DNA of 64,000 bases, from the NCBI GenBank assembly GCA_964616435.1, contig CAZTSB010000072.1, forward strand, positions 18,393 to 82,392. The letters are read 5' to 3'. Position 1 is the first letter of the stretch. Every line of letters begins with the position of its first letter. A program made the position numbers and the translations under genes. A model generated the notes under the pieces. It saw only the letters and a program-made list of their open reading frames with translations. It was not told the origin of the DNA and searched no databases. Origin of the DNA: an uncultured Puniceicoccaceae bacterium (GTDB lineage Bacteria; Verrucomicrobiota; Verrucomicrobiia; Opitutales; Coraliomargaritaceae). Below are positions 9,718 through 18,378 of the stretch, in pieces.

Positions 9718-10989
9718 ATGGCAACCTATCTATTTCCCGGACAGGGATCACAGCGCAAAGGCATGGGCAAGGGCTTGTTCGAAGCCTTCCCTGAACTTAC
9801 TTCCGAAGCCGATGAAATCCTCGGCTACTCCATTCGTGATTTATGCCTGAAAGACCCGAAGCAGAAACTGGTTCAGACGCAGTATACGCAGCCGGCGCTG
9901 TATGTGGTCAATGCGCTATCGTATCAGCAAAAGCTGAAAGAAGTTGATCAGGCGCCCGATTTCGTTGCCGGTCACAGCCTGGGTGAGTACAATGCTTTGC
10001 AGGCCAGCGGCGCAATCAGTTTCGCCGATGGATTGAAACTGGTACAAAAGCGCGGCGAGTTGATGAGTCAGGCTCCCGAAGGCGCCATGGCAGCGATTGT
10101 GGGACTCAAGGCGGACGCGGTCAAAGAGGTGCTGCAAAACGAAGGTCTGGATGGCGTTGATATTGCCAATGACAACGCGCCGACCCAGATTGTGATTTCA
10201 GGGCCACCGGAAGACTTGTCCAAATCCCAGGTGGCCTTTGAAGCAAGCGGCGGCATGTTTATACCGCTGAACACCAGCGGCGCCTTTCACTCCCGCTACA
10301 TGGCGGACGCGAAAACTGAGTTTGGTGAATTCCTAAAAGACTTCAAGTTCGACAAGTTGAAGATTCCGGTGATTGCCAACCTGAGTGCCCAGCCCTATAA
10401 AAACATACAGATCAAAAAAAACTTAAGAGAGCAGATCACCGGCACAGTGCAATGGACTCGGAGCATACAGTATCTGCTGGAGCAGGGCGAAACCGAATTT
10501 GAAGAGTTGGGAGTCGGCGATGTACTGGCCAAGCTGGTGACCAAAATCCGCAAGGATAGCCCGGTCATAGTGGAAGCTGCTGTCGATCTTGCGAAAACAA
10601 AGGCCAATACTGAGCCTGCAAGGCCAGAGGCTGAAGTTGAACTCGCTAGCGTTGAAGCGGCAACCGAGGTAGCTGTCGAGCCGGAACCGATTGCCGTTGA
10701 ATCGAAACCGGCAACATCCAAACCCTCTTCGTCGGCGAACACCGCGGCAGCGGCTAAGGCCAGCCACGCGGAGCGAATGGCTGCGGATCGTAAACGGGTC
10801 GAAGAGTGGAATCAGACGTATCCAGTTGGCATGAAAGTTACCGTTGACGGCTACGAGGGTATGATGGAAACGCGTACCGAAGCCATGCTGATATTCGGTC
10901 ACCGCGCGGCGATATATCTGAAGGATTACAACGGTTACTTCCATTTGGTGGATGTAAGCCCAATCAAAGAAGGAGCTGCTGCCGTATGA
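9718..10989 (+). CDS. Trans-acting malonyl-CoA:ACP acyltransferase (PksC-like) with Ala/Glu/Pro-rich linker and extra C-terminal domain
   Basis: FPGQGSQ, TQYTQPALY, GHSLGE, AFHS (malonyl-specific); about 140 extra C-terminal residues. Confidence 0.92.
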   Translation: MATYLFPGQGSQRKGMGKGLFEAFPELTSEADEILGYSIRDLCLKDPKQKLVQTQYTQPALYVVNALSYQQKLKEVDQAPDFVAGHSLGEYNALQASGAISFADGLKLVQKRGELMSQAPEGAMAAIVGLKADAVKEVLQNEGLDGVDIANDNAPTQIVISGPPEDLSKSQVAFEASGGMFIPLNTSGAFHSRYMADAKTEFGEFLKDFKFDKLKIPVIANLSAQPYKNIQIKKNLREQITGTVQWTRSIQYLLEQGETEFEELGVGDVLAKLVTKIRKDSPVIVEAAVDLAKTKANTEPARPEAEVELASVEAATEVAVEPEPIAVESKPATSKPSSSANTAAAAKASHAERMAADRKRVEEWNQTYPVGMKVTVDGYEGMMETRTEAMLIFGHRAAIYLKDYNGYFHLVDVSPIKEGAAAV

Positions 10990-12239
10990 ATCCGGTTGGC
11001 ATCGAAGCCATGAACGCCTTCTGTGGCAGTGCACGTATGGATGTGCGTGCCTTGGCAGAGCATCGCAATCTGGATACGCAGCGCTTTGACAACTTGCTGA
11101 TGAGTGAGAAGACGGTGCCTTTGCCTTTTGAGGATCCGGTCAGCATGGGTGTCAACGCTGCCAAGCCAATTATTGACGCTCTGAGCCCGGAGGCAAAGAA
11201 TCGCATTGAGTTGATAATTACCTGCACCGAGTCGGCTTTTGACTTTGGCAAGTCAATGAGCACTTACTTTAACAAACTGCTGGGTCTGAGTCGTAACTGC
11301 CGCCTGTTCGAGCTGAAGAACGCCTGTTATTCGGGTACGGCTGGCTTGCAGATGGCGATCAACTTCATTCTGTCGCAGGCCGCGCCGGGTGCGAAAGCGC
11401 TGGTGATTGCGACTGATATTGCCCGCTTTATGATTGCCGAGGGAGGTGACGCGCTCACGGAGGACTGGTCCTTTGCCGAGCCCAGCAGTGGTGCAGGTGC
11501 CGTAGCAATGTTGGTCAGCGATCAGCCCTATGTGTTTCAGGCGGATGTCGGAGCCAACGGTTACTACGGCTACGAGGTGATGGATACCTGTCGCCCGATT
11601 CCGGACAGTGAGGCGGGCGATGCGGATTTGTCGCTATTGTCCTATCTTGACTGCTGTGAAAACAGCTACCGCGAGTACGAAAAGCGCATTGCCGATGTCG
11701 ATTACGCCACCAGCTTTGGCTACCTGGCCTTTCATACGCCTTTTGGCGGTATGATCCATGGAGCCCATCGCACAATGATGCGCAAATTTACCGAGATAAA
11801 GCAGGCGGATGCGATTCAGGCAGACTTTGATCGCCGAGTGCAGCCGGGACTGAGCTATTGCCAGCGTATCGGCAACATCATGGGCGCGACTACCGCGTTG
11901 TCGCTGCTGAGTACGATCGTCCATGGCGATTTTGGCAGTCCGCAGCGTATTGGCTGTTTTTCCTACGGCTCAGGTTGCTGCTCAGAATTTTACAGCGGCG
12001 TGGCTACTCAGGAAGGTCAGAAGCGTTTACGGGCCATGGATTTCGACGCTCAGCTGGATCGGCGATACTTGATGAGTATGGACGAGTACGATTCGCTCCT
12101 GACCAATAGCAGTGTTGTTCAATTCGGTACCCGCAACGTTGTTCTGGGCCGGGACTTCCTGCCGCAGGCGCGGCAGTCCGGCTATCTGTATCTCAAGGAA
12201 ATTAAGGAATATCACCGCGAGTATGAATGGGAGGCGTGA
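10986..12239 (+). CDS. pksG: HMG-CoA synthase-like beta-branching enzyme (HCS, PksG-like)
   Basis: TES..DFGKS, ELKNACYSGT (catalytic Cys), MDTCRP, FHTPF, FSYGSG. Confidence 0.94.
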   Translation: MNPVGIEAMNAFCGSARMDVRALAEHRNLDTQRFDNLLMSEKTVPLPFEDPVSMGVNAAKPIIDALSPEAKNRIELIITCTESAFDFGKSMSTYFNKLLGLSRNCRLFELKNACYSGTAGLQMAINFILSQAAPGAKALVIATDIARFMIAEGGDALTEDWSFAEPSSGAGAVAMLVSDQPYVFQADVGANGYYGYEVMDTCRPIPDSEAGDADLSLLSYLDCCENSYREYEKRIADVDYATSFGYLAFHTPFGGMIHGAHRTMMRKFTEIKQADAIQADFDRRVQPGLSYCQRIGNIMGATTALSLLSTIVHGDFGSPQRIGCFSYGSGCCSEFYSGVATQEGQKRLRAMDFDAQLDRRYLMSMDEYDSLLTNSSVVQFGTRNVVLGRDFLPQARQSGYLYLKEIKEYHREYEWEA

Positions 12240-12255
12240 ACATGTCTAAAAACCA

Positions 12256-13017
12256 ATGAACTACGACACGCTGAAAGTACGCTTTGAGGACGAGATTTGC
12301 CGACTGCAATTTCACCGTCCGGAGGCAAAAAATACCATCAACGACCAGTTGATCGATGAATGCCGTCAGGTTGTAGAAGTCTGTCACCGGCAGGCTAAAG
12401 TTCTGGTGCTCGAAGGGCTGCCCGAAGTCTTTTGCTTTGGTGCTGATTTTGACTCCATTGCTCAGCAGGTCTCCTCGAGAACTGCTTCAGTTTCGAGTCC
12501 GGAGCCCATGTACGACCTGTGGCTTGAACTGGCTAGCGGGCCCTTTGTCACTGTGGCCCATGTGCGCGGTCAGGCCAACGCGGGAGGAATCGGTTTTGTT
12601 GCCGCCTGTGATCTGGTTCTGGCGGATAAAAAGGCTCAGTTTAGTTTATCAGAGTTGCTGTTTGGGCTGATGCCTGCCTGTGTGCTGCCGTTTTTGGTCC
12701 GTCGCACGGGCTTTCAAAAAGCGCATGCAATGACTTTGATGACCAAGCCGGTGGCGGTTGAAGAGGCGCATCGCTGGGGGCTGGTCGACATGTTTTCCGA
12801 TGACAGCGAATCCTTGCTGCGGCAGCATTTGCTGCGACTTCGGTACCTGAACAAAACTGCGATCAAGCGCTATAAGAGTTACATGAACCAACTTGATGGC
12901 AGTCTTGATGAGGCCAAGCCGAAAGCGCTTGCTGCCAACCTTGAAGTGTTCAACGATAAAGACAATTTAACCAAAATCGCCCGTTATGTTGAGACCGGTC
13001 AATTCCCCTGGGAGTAG
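12256..13017 (+). CDS. pksH: Enoyl-CoA hydratase ECH1 (dehydratase, PksH-like)
   Basis: FCFGADF, NAGGIGFVAACD, FSLSELLFGLMPACV, C-terminal GQFPWE. Confidence 0.92.
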   Translation: MNYDTLKVRFEDEICRLQFHRPEAKNTINDQLIDECRQVVEVCHRQAKVLVLEGLPEVFCFGADFDSIAQQVSSRTASVSSPEPMYDLWLELASGPFVTVAHVRGQANAGGIGFVAACDLVLADKKAQFSLSELLFGLMPACVLPFLVRRTGFQKAHAMTLMTKPVAVEEAHRWGLVDMFSDDSESLLRQHLLRLRYLNKTAIKRYKSYMNQLDGSLDEAKPKALAANLEVFNDKDNLTKIARYVETGQFPWE

Positions 13018-13117
13018 GTAAAGATGCGGTCCAAAGGATGAACAAGATTGGAGATCGAATTTAATCAACCATCAAGCTACATCCTTAACCAATACAATTA
13101 ACTACTAAGAACCAAAA

Positions 13118-16100
13118 ATGATAAAACCATACTCCGAAGAATATCCAACAGGCATTTTCACCAGTACGTTTACCGGGAATGAAGCTTTTTTAGCCGACCA
13201 CGTTATTCAGGGGAGAAAAGTGCTTCCCGGAATGGCGTACCTGGAGATGGCACGCGCCGCGGTTGCCGCCTCTGTTTCCATGGACGACGAGTATCTGATC
13301 CGTTTAAGCGACAGCGTCTTTATTCAGCCATTGATAGTCGTGGATGAATGCTCCGTCGATGTGAAGATATATCCGGGCCGCAAGGGTGAATTCGGGATCG
13401 AAGTCATTACCGGGCAGGGCGTCCACTTTCAAAGCAAGGCGACGATTGAGGTCAGGCCGGAGCAAATGCCTGCGAGCCTAGACATCGCAGCTCTCACTGA
13501 GCAATGCATGGTCGCCGGACCCGACAAAACAGAGTTCTACGCCAGTTTCAAAAAGCTGGGTGTTGACTATGGCCCTAGCCATCAAGGTATCCGGGAAATC
13601 CGCATTGGCGAAACCTGTGTGCTCGCGAGTCTGTTCTTGCCTGGTTCCAGCAGACGCGGTATGGATCTGGATCCCGGCATGCTGGACAGTGTTATCCAAA
13701 GCGGCGCTGTTATGGCCAGCGATCAGGATAAGGTCAGCGTGCCCTTTGCGATTAAAAGCGTTACGATCTATGGTCCGTTAACAGATACCGCCTATGCTTG
13801 CCTTGTCCAATCCGAGCAGGGACAGGGATTTGATTATACGGTTGCCGATGAAGCCGGCGCAGTTAAGGTCATTATCAATGGATTTGTTGCTCGTGAGTTA
13901 AGCTTTGCCGGCAAGGATGATCTGGTCTTCTACCAGCCGCAGTGGCAGGACGATGCGCCGGCTGAAGGTGATGAAGATAGTGAAGCGGTCACCGTGATTG
14001 AGGAGCAGTCCAGCTATGAGAAGCTGGTGAAAGCGGTCTTCAAAACGGCGCAAAAATTGATCCAGGATAAGGTGGATAAGCACACGCTTGAAGTACATCT
14101 ACCGGTTGATAAGCCCGCGTGGCACGGCATCATCGGTCTGCTCAAAACAATCCGGATCGAGTATCCTAAGATCAGTTGCAAACTAAAGATCGGCGAGCGC
14201 TACCGGAAGTTAAGCTACAGCGCCGTTGACGTGTCAGTCACCGACGGAGTAGACGTCTGGGCTGACAACAAAACGATCCTGATCACCGGTGGTATGGGTG
14301 GCCTGGGCCGTTTGTTTACCGAAGATATCGTCCGAAAAAGCAAGGGTTGCACACTGATTCTGGTCGGTCGAAGCGAACTGGATGATTCGAAAAAAGAGAC
14401 GCTCAAGGATCTGGAAGCCGATGGCGCCACGGTTGTTTATGAGCCGTGCGATATCAGCAAAAAGTCAGCCGTGACGGCTCTGATTGAGAAGTATCCGCAG
14501 ATCAATGGCGTGATCCACGGTTCTGGTGTCATTCGGGATAACTATATTGCCAACAAAACGATGGGCGAAATCGATCAGGTGCTCGCTCCCAAAGTAAAGG
14601 GGCTCGACTATCTGGATCAAGCGACGGCTGAACTTAAGCTGGACTATTTCATGGTATTTTCTTCGATGGCTGGCACGCTGGGGAACGCGGGTCAAGCCGA
14701 CTATTCGGCCGCAAATGCCTACATGGATGCCTACATTCATCACCGCGCTGCACAGGTGGAGAAGAAAGAGCGTCACGGCAAAAGCATCAGCATCAACTGG
14801 CCGCTATGGGAAAGCGAAGGCATGCAGGTCGATGAAGCGATCCGGCAGAATATGCTGCAGGTCTTTAAAATAAAGCCACTGCCGGCTGAATACGGACTTC
14901 AGGTTTTGAGACAGATGCTTGCCTTCGATTATCCGCAGATGTTGGTTCTGTTTGGCAATCCCGGGGCCATTACCACGCTGTTTGAACGGATGAACTCAGA
15001 GCGTAAGCAGGCGCCCAGGAAAACAGTCGTGGTTGAATCCGATAAGCTGATTCGTGAAATCCTGCAGGAAATTAAGATCAAGGCAGGTGAGCAGCTTAAG
15101 ATGGAGCCGGACCAGTTCGACGAGGAAGCCGACTGGAGTGACTTTGGCTTTGATTCCATCCTGTTATCCAGCTTTGTGAATGAGTTTAATGCGGAATTCA
15201 ATTTGGAACTGATGCCAACAGCTTTGTTTGAAGCGACCAACATGCAGTTGTTAAGCGAGCATCTGGCTGAGAACTATGCGGACCAGATGGCGCAAAAGCT
15301 GGGCCTGGAAGGTACGCCTGCGGTCGAACTGTCCACCGGGGAGCCTGAAGTCCGGGAGCCTGATATGCAGAAGATCAGTGCCTTTGCCCAGAGCTTCAAA
15401 AAGGCCTACAAGTCCAGCGTTGCCTATCGGGATGAAGATGTGGCCATTGTCGGAATCAGCTGTCGAATCGCCGGTGCCCGCAATCCGGAGGAGTTCTGGC
15501 AAATGCTCATCGACGAACGTGATATGATCACTGAGATACCCAGTGATCGTTGGAACTGGCAGGCCTATCCCGAGAGCGCCAAATGGGGCTCGTTCATTGA
15601 CGGAGTTGCCGAATTTGACCCCTTGTTTTTTAGCATCTCGCCAGCAGAGGCGCGCTATATGGCCCCGGAACAGCGCCTGCTGATGCAATCGGTCTGGGAG
15701 TGCCTGGAACATGCGGGCTGTAGCGGGGATGCCACAAAGGGAACGGATACCGGTATCTTTGTCGGCATAGGGCCCAGCGGTTACTCTCAACTGCTCAGAG
15801 GTATGCCGGTCGAAGCCTATTCCTCAACCGGCATGGTGCCTTCGGTCGGGCCGAACCGTATCAGCTATCTGATGGACTGGAATGGACCAAGCGAGCCGAT
15901 TGAGACGGCCTGCAGCAGTTCACTGGTTGCTGTACACCGTGCCGTCGAAGCGATCCGGGCGGGGCACTGCAGTCAGGCGATTGCCGGAGGCGTGAACCTG
16001 TTGCTCACGTCGGAGAGTTATATCAGCTTCACCAAAGCAGGCATGCTCTGTGAGGACGGACGCTGCAAGACTTTTTCGGACAAGGCCAATGGCTATGTCC

Positions 16101-17167
16101 GGGGTGAAGGGATCGGTATTATTTTGCTCAAGCCCTTGAAGGCAGCTATCCGGGACGGGAACGTTATTCACGCTCTGGTTAAGGGCACTGCCGAGAACCA
16201 CGGCGGACGAACCAACTCACTGACGGCGCCCAACCCGAAATCGCAGTCGGCGGTCATTCGCAAGGCGCTTGCAGATGCGGACATGGACTTTGGCCGTGTC
16301 AGCTACATTGAATGCCACGGCACCGGCACTGAGTTGGGTGACCCGGTCGAAATCGAAGGCTTGAAAACCGTGGCTATGCAACTGGCAGACTCCGGCAGCA
16401 CGCAAGTGTGTAAACTGGGGAGCATCAAATCCAACATCGGTCACCTGGAAATGGCGGCAGGTGTTGTCGGATTGATCAAGGTCGTGCTACAGATGCAGCA
16501 TCAGAAGATAGTGAAAAGCCTGCATTGCGAACAGCTAAACCCTTACATTGATCTTAAAAATACGCCTTTTGAAGTCGCGCAGGCAGCCAGCGACTGGGAG
16601 GTCGAACCGGGGCAGACCCGAGTTGCCGGTGTTAGTAGCTTCGGTTTTGGCGGCGTCAATTCCCACGTTATTATCGAAGAGTTTAAAGCGCCGGTCCCGG
16701 CCGAGGACGAAGCAGAGGAGTCTGGACCGGATGGGCAGTCGCAACTACTGATTCTATCCGCCCGAACGGAGCAAAGTCTGATAGATTATGTTGCACAGTA
16801 CCCAAGCTTCATTAAAACCCTGCCCCGGCAGTCAAACACATTAAGACGCGTGGCCTACACCTTGCAAATGGGTCGCTCCGAGATGCAGGAACGCGTGGTC
16901 TTCATTGCCAAATCGCTGGATGAGTGGGGCAAACAGCTGGATGCCTTCCTGGAAGAAAAGGGTAAGGTGAAAAGCCGTAATGTCTACCGTGGCACCGTGA
17001 AATCAAGTGGATCGGATAACCTGGAAATCGGAGATACCGCGGCGGGCCGGGACTACATCCAACGGTTAATCGACACTCAGGAACATGGCAAGCTCGCTGA
17101 GCTGTGGGTAAAAGGTAGCAAGATCGACTGGCAGGCTTTGTATGCGTCATCGAACGTTCAACGTTGA
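13118..17167 (+). CDS. AT-less type I PKS protein with domain order DH-KR-ACP-KS(+flanking subdomain)
   Basis: DH: DHVIQGRKVLPG and MLDSVIQ. KR: ITGGMGGLG, GVIRD, FSSMAG..GQADYSAAN. ACP: FGFDSI. KS: ETACSSS, ECHGTGT, NIGHLE, SSFGFGG. Ends LAELWVKGSKIDWQALY. No AT or TE motif. Confidence 0.93.
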   Translation: MIKPYSEEYPTGIFTSTFTGNEAFLADHVIQGRKVLPGMAYLEMARAAVAASVSMDDEYLIRLSDSVFIQPLIVVDECSVDVKIYPGRKGEFGIEVITGQGVHFQSKATIEVRPEQMPASLDIAALTEQCMVAGPDKTEFYASFKKLGVDYGPSHQGIREIRIGETCVLASLFLPGSSRRGMDLDPGMLDSVIQSGAVMASDQDKVSVPFAIKSVTIYGPLTDTAYACLVQSEQGQGFDYTVADEAGAVKVIINGFVARELSFAGKDDLVFYQPQWQDDAPAEGDEDSEAVTVIEEQSSYEKLVKAVFKTAQKLIQDKVDKHTLEVHLPVDKPAWHGIIGLLKTIRIEYPKISCKLKIGERYRKLSYSAVDVSVTDGVDVWADNKTILITGGMGGLGRLFTEDIVRKSKGCTLILVGRSELDDSKKETLKDLEADGATVVYEPCDISKKSAVTALIEKYPQINGVIHGSGVIRDNYIANKTMGEIDQVLAPKVKGLDYLDQATAELKLDYFMVFSSMAGTLGNAGQADYSAANAYMDAYIHHRAAQVEKKERHGKSISINWPLWESEGMQVDEAIRQNMLQVFKIKPLPAEYGLQVLRQMLAFDYPQMLVLFGNPGAITTLFERMNSERKQAPRKTVVVESDKLIREILQEIKIKAGEQLKMEPDQFDEEADWSDFGFDSILLSSFVNEFNAEFNLELMPTALFEATNMQLLSEHLAENYADQMAQKLGLEGTPAVELSTGEPEVREPDMQKISAFAQSFKKAYKSSVAYRDEDVAIVGISCRIAGARNPEEFWQMLIDERDMITEIPSDRWNWQAYPESAKWGSFIDGVAEFDPLFFSISPAEARYMAPEQRLLMQSVWECLEHAGCSGDATKGTDTGIFVGIGPSGYSQLLRGMPVEAYSSTGMVPSVGPNRISYLMDWNGPSEPIETACSSSLVAVHRAVEAIRAGHCSQAIAGGVNLLLTSESYISFTKAGMLCEDGRCKTFSDKANGYVRGEGIGIILLKPLKAAIRDGNVIHALVKGTAENHGGRTNSLTAPNPKSQSAVIRKALADADMDFGRVSYIECHGTGTELGDPVEIEGLKTVAMQLADSGSTQVCKLGSIKSNIGHLEMAAGVVGLIKVVLQMQHQKIVKSLHCEQLNPYIDLKNTPFEVAQAASDWEVEPGQTRVAGVSSFGFGGVNSHVIIEEFKAPVPAEDEAEESGPDGQSQLLILSARTEQSLIDYVAQYPSFIKTLPRQSNTLRRVAYTLQMGRSEMQERVVFIAKSLDEWGKQLDAFLEEKGKVKSRNVYRGTVKSSGSDNLEIGDTAAGRDYIQRLIDTQEHGKLAELWVKGSKIDWQALYASSNVQR

Positions 17168-17201
17168 ACATCGCGATCTGTGGATAAAACTATCCGAATC
17201 T

Positions 17202-17942
17202 ATGCAAGACGTCATTAAAATCGAGTCCGTAACACCTGAGATCGTGCTGATCACGATGCAGGATGAAGCGCATAAAAACACCTTTTCCGAGGCTCTGATT
17301 CGCGGTCTGGTAAATGCCTTTGAAACGATCGGCGCCAATCCGAGTTATAAAGTCGTCATCCTCACCGGCTATGGCCCTTATTTTGCCAGTGGCGGTACCC
17401 AGGAAGGCTTGTTGGCTCTGGCTGGTGGTCAGGGGAAGTTTACCGATATCAACATTTACAGTCTGGCACTGGATTGTCCGATTCCAGTGATTTCGGCGAT
17501 GCAGGGTCATGGAATTGGCGGCGGCTTTGTCATGGGTCTGTTCGCTGACTTCGTCCTGCTGGGGCGGGAGAGTGTTTATACCACCAACTTCATGAAATAC
17601 GGTTTCACACCCGGGATGGGTGCGACCTACATCGTGCCGCAGAAGCTGGGCATCACTCTGGGCCATGAGATGCTTCTGAACGCTCAGACTTATCGTGGAG
17701 AAGTGCTCAAACAGCGCGGCGTCCCCTTTCCGGTCTATCCCAGAAATGAGGTGCTCTCACAGGCTCGTCAACTGGCCGAAGAACTGGCGGAAAAACCACG
17801 CATATCCCTGGTAACGCTAAAGACACATCTGGTGGCGCCGCTCAGGCAGGCGTTGCCTGCCTTCATTGAGCAGGAAGTCGCGATGCACGAGAAGACCTTC
17901 CACCAACCCGAAGTCAGGGAACGAATCAAAGACTTGTTTTGA
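17202..17942 (+). CDS. pksI: Enoyl-CoA hydratase ECH2 (decarboxylase, PksI-like)
   Basis: MQD..KNTFS, FASGGTQEGL, MQGHGIGGG, NFMKYGFTPGMGAT, EVAMHEKTF. Start at ATG 17202. Confidence 0.93.
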   Translation: MQDVIKIESVTPEIVLITMQDEAHKNTFSEALIRGLVNAFETIGANPSYKVVILTGYGPYFASGGTQEGLLALAGGQGKFTDINIYSLALDCPIPVISAMQGHGIGGGFVMGLFADFVLLGRESVYTTNFMKYGFTPGMGATYIVPQKLGITLGHEMLLNAQTYRGEVLKQRGVPFPVYPRNEVLSQARQLAEELAEKPRISLVTLKTHLVAPLRQALPAFIEQEVAMHEKTFHQPEVRERIKDLF

Positions 17943-18092
17943 CAGTATCTGACTAGCTTTTACCTGCCAGAAAAGTATTCTGCTAAAGTTGCGGTTTTAT
18001 TAGCTTCCATGCCGTCTTCAGTGCGTAATTAGAGACTTTAAACTCTTCTTATTTGCTTGAGACTATTTTCTGGAGTTTCACAGTTGTTTATC

Positions 18093-18326
18093 ATGATTGA
18101 GTTGAGTGTAGACATATTTTTTCTTTTGTATCTTGGATGTGGGTTTTCATTGATACTGTCACTGTGGTTTTACTACGACTGGAAACAGGGGCATCAATAC
18201 GAGGCACAGCGTTTCAGGGTGATTTATCATTGTATCAAATGCAGCCACATTTATACCGGACCCTATCGCAGTGAAGAATCCGATTGCCCTCAGTGTGGAT
18301 TTACAAATGGTCGACTGCGCTTCTGA
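18093..18326 (+). CDS. Small membrane-anchored zinc-ribbon protein
   Basis: N-terminal hydrophobic helix, then CIKC...CPQCG. Confidence 0.7.
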   Translation: MIELSVDIFFLLYLGCGFSLILSLWFYYDWKQGHQYEAQRFRVIYHCIKCSHIYTGPYRSEESDCPQCGFTNGRLRF

Positions 18327-18378
18327 ACGGAGCGATCTCATTGCATAGTACAATCTGGGTTAATACATTTCTAATTTT

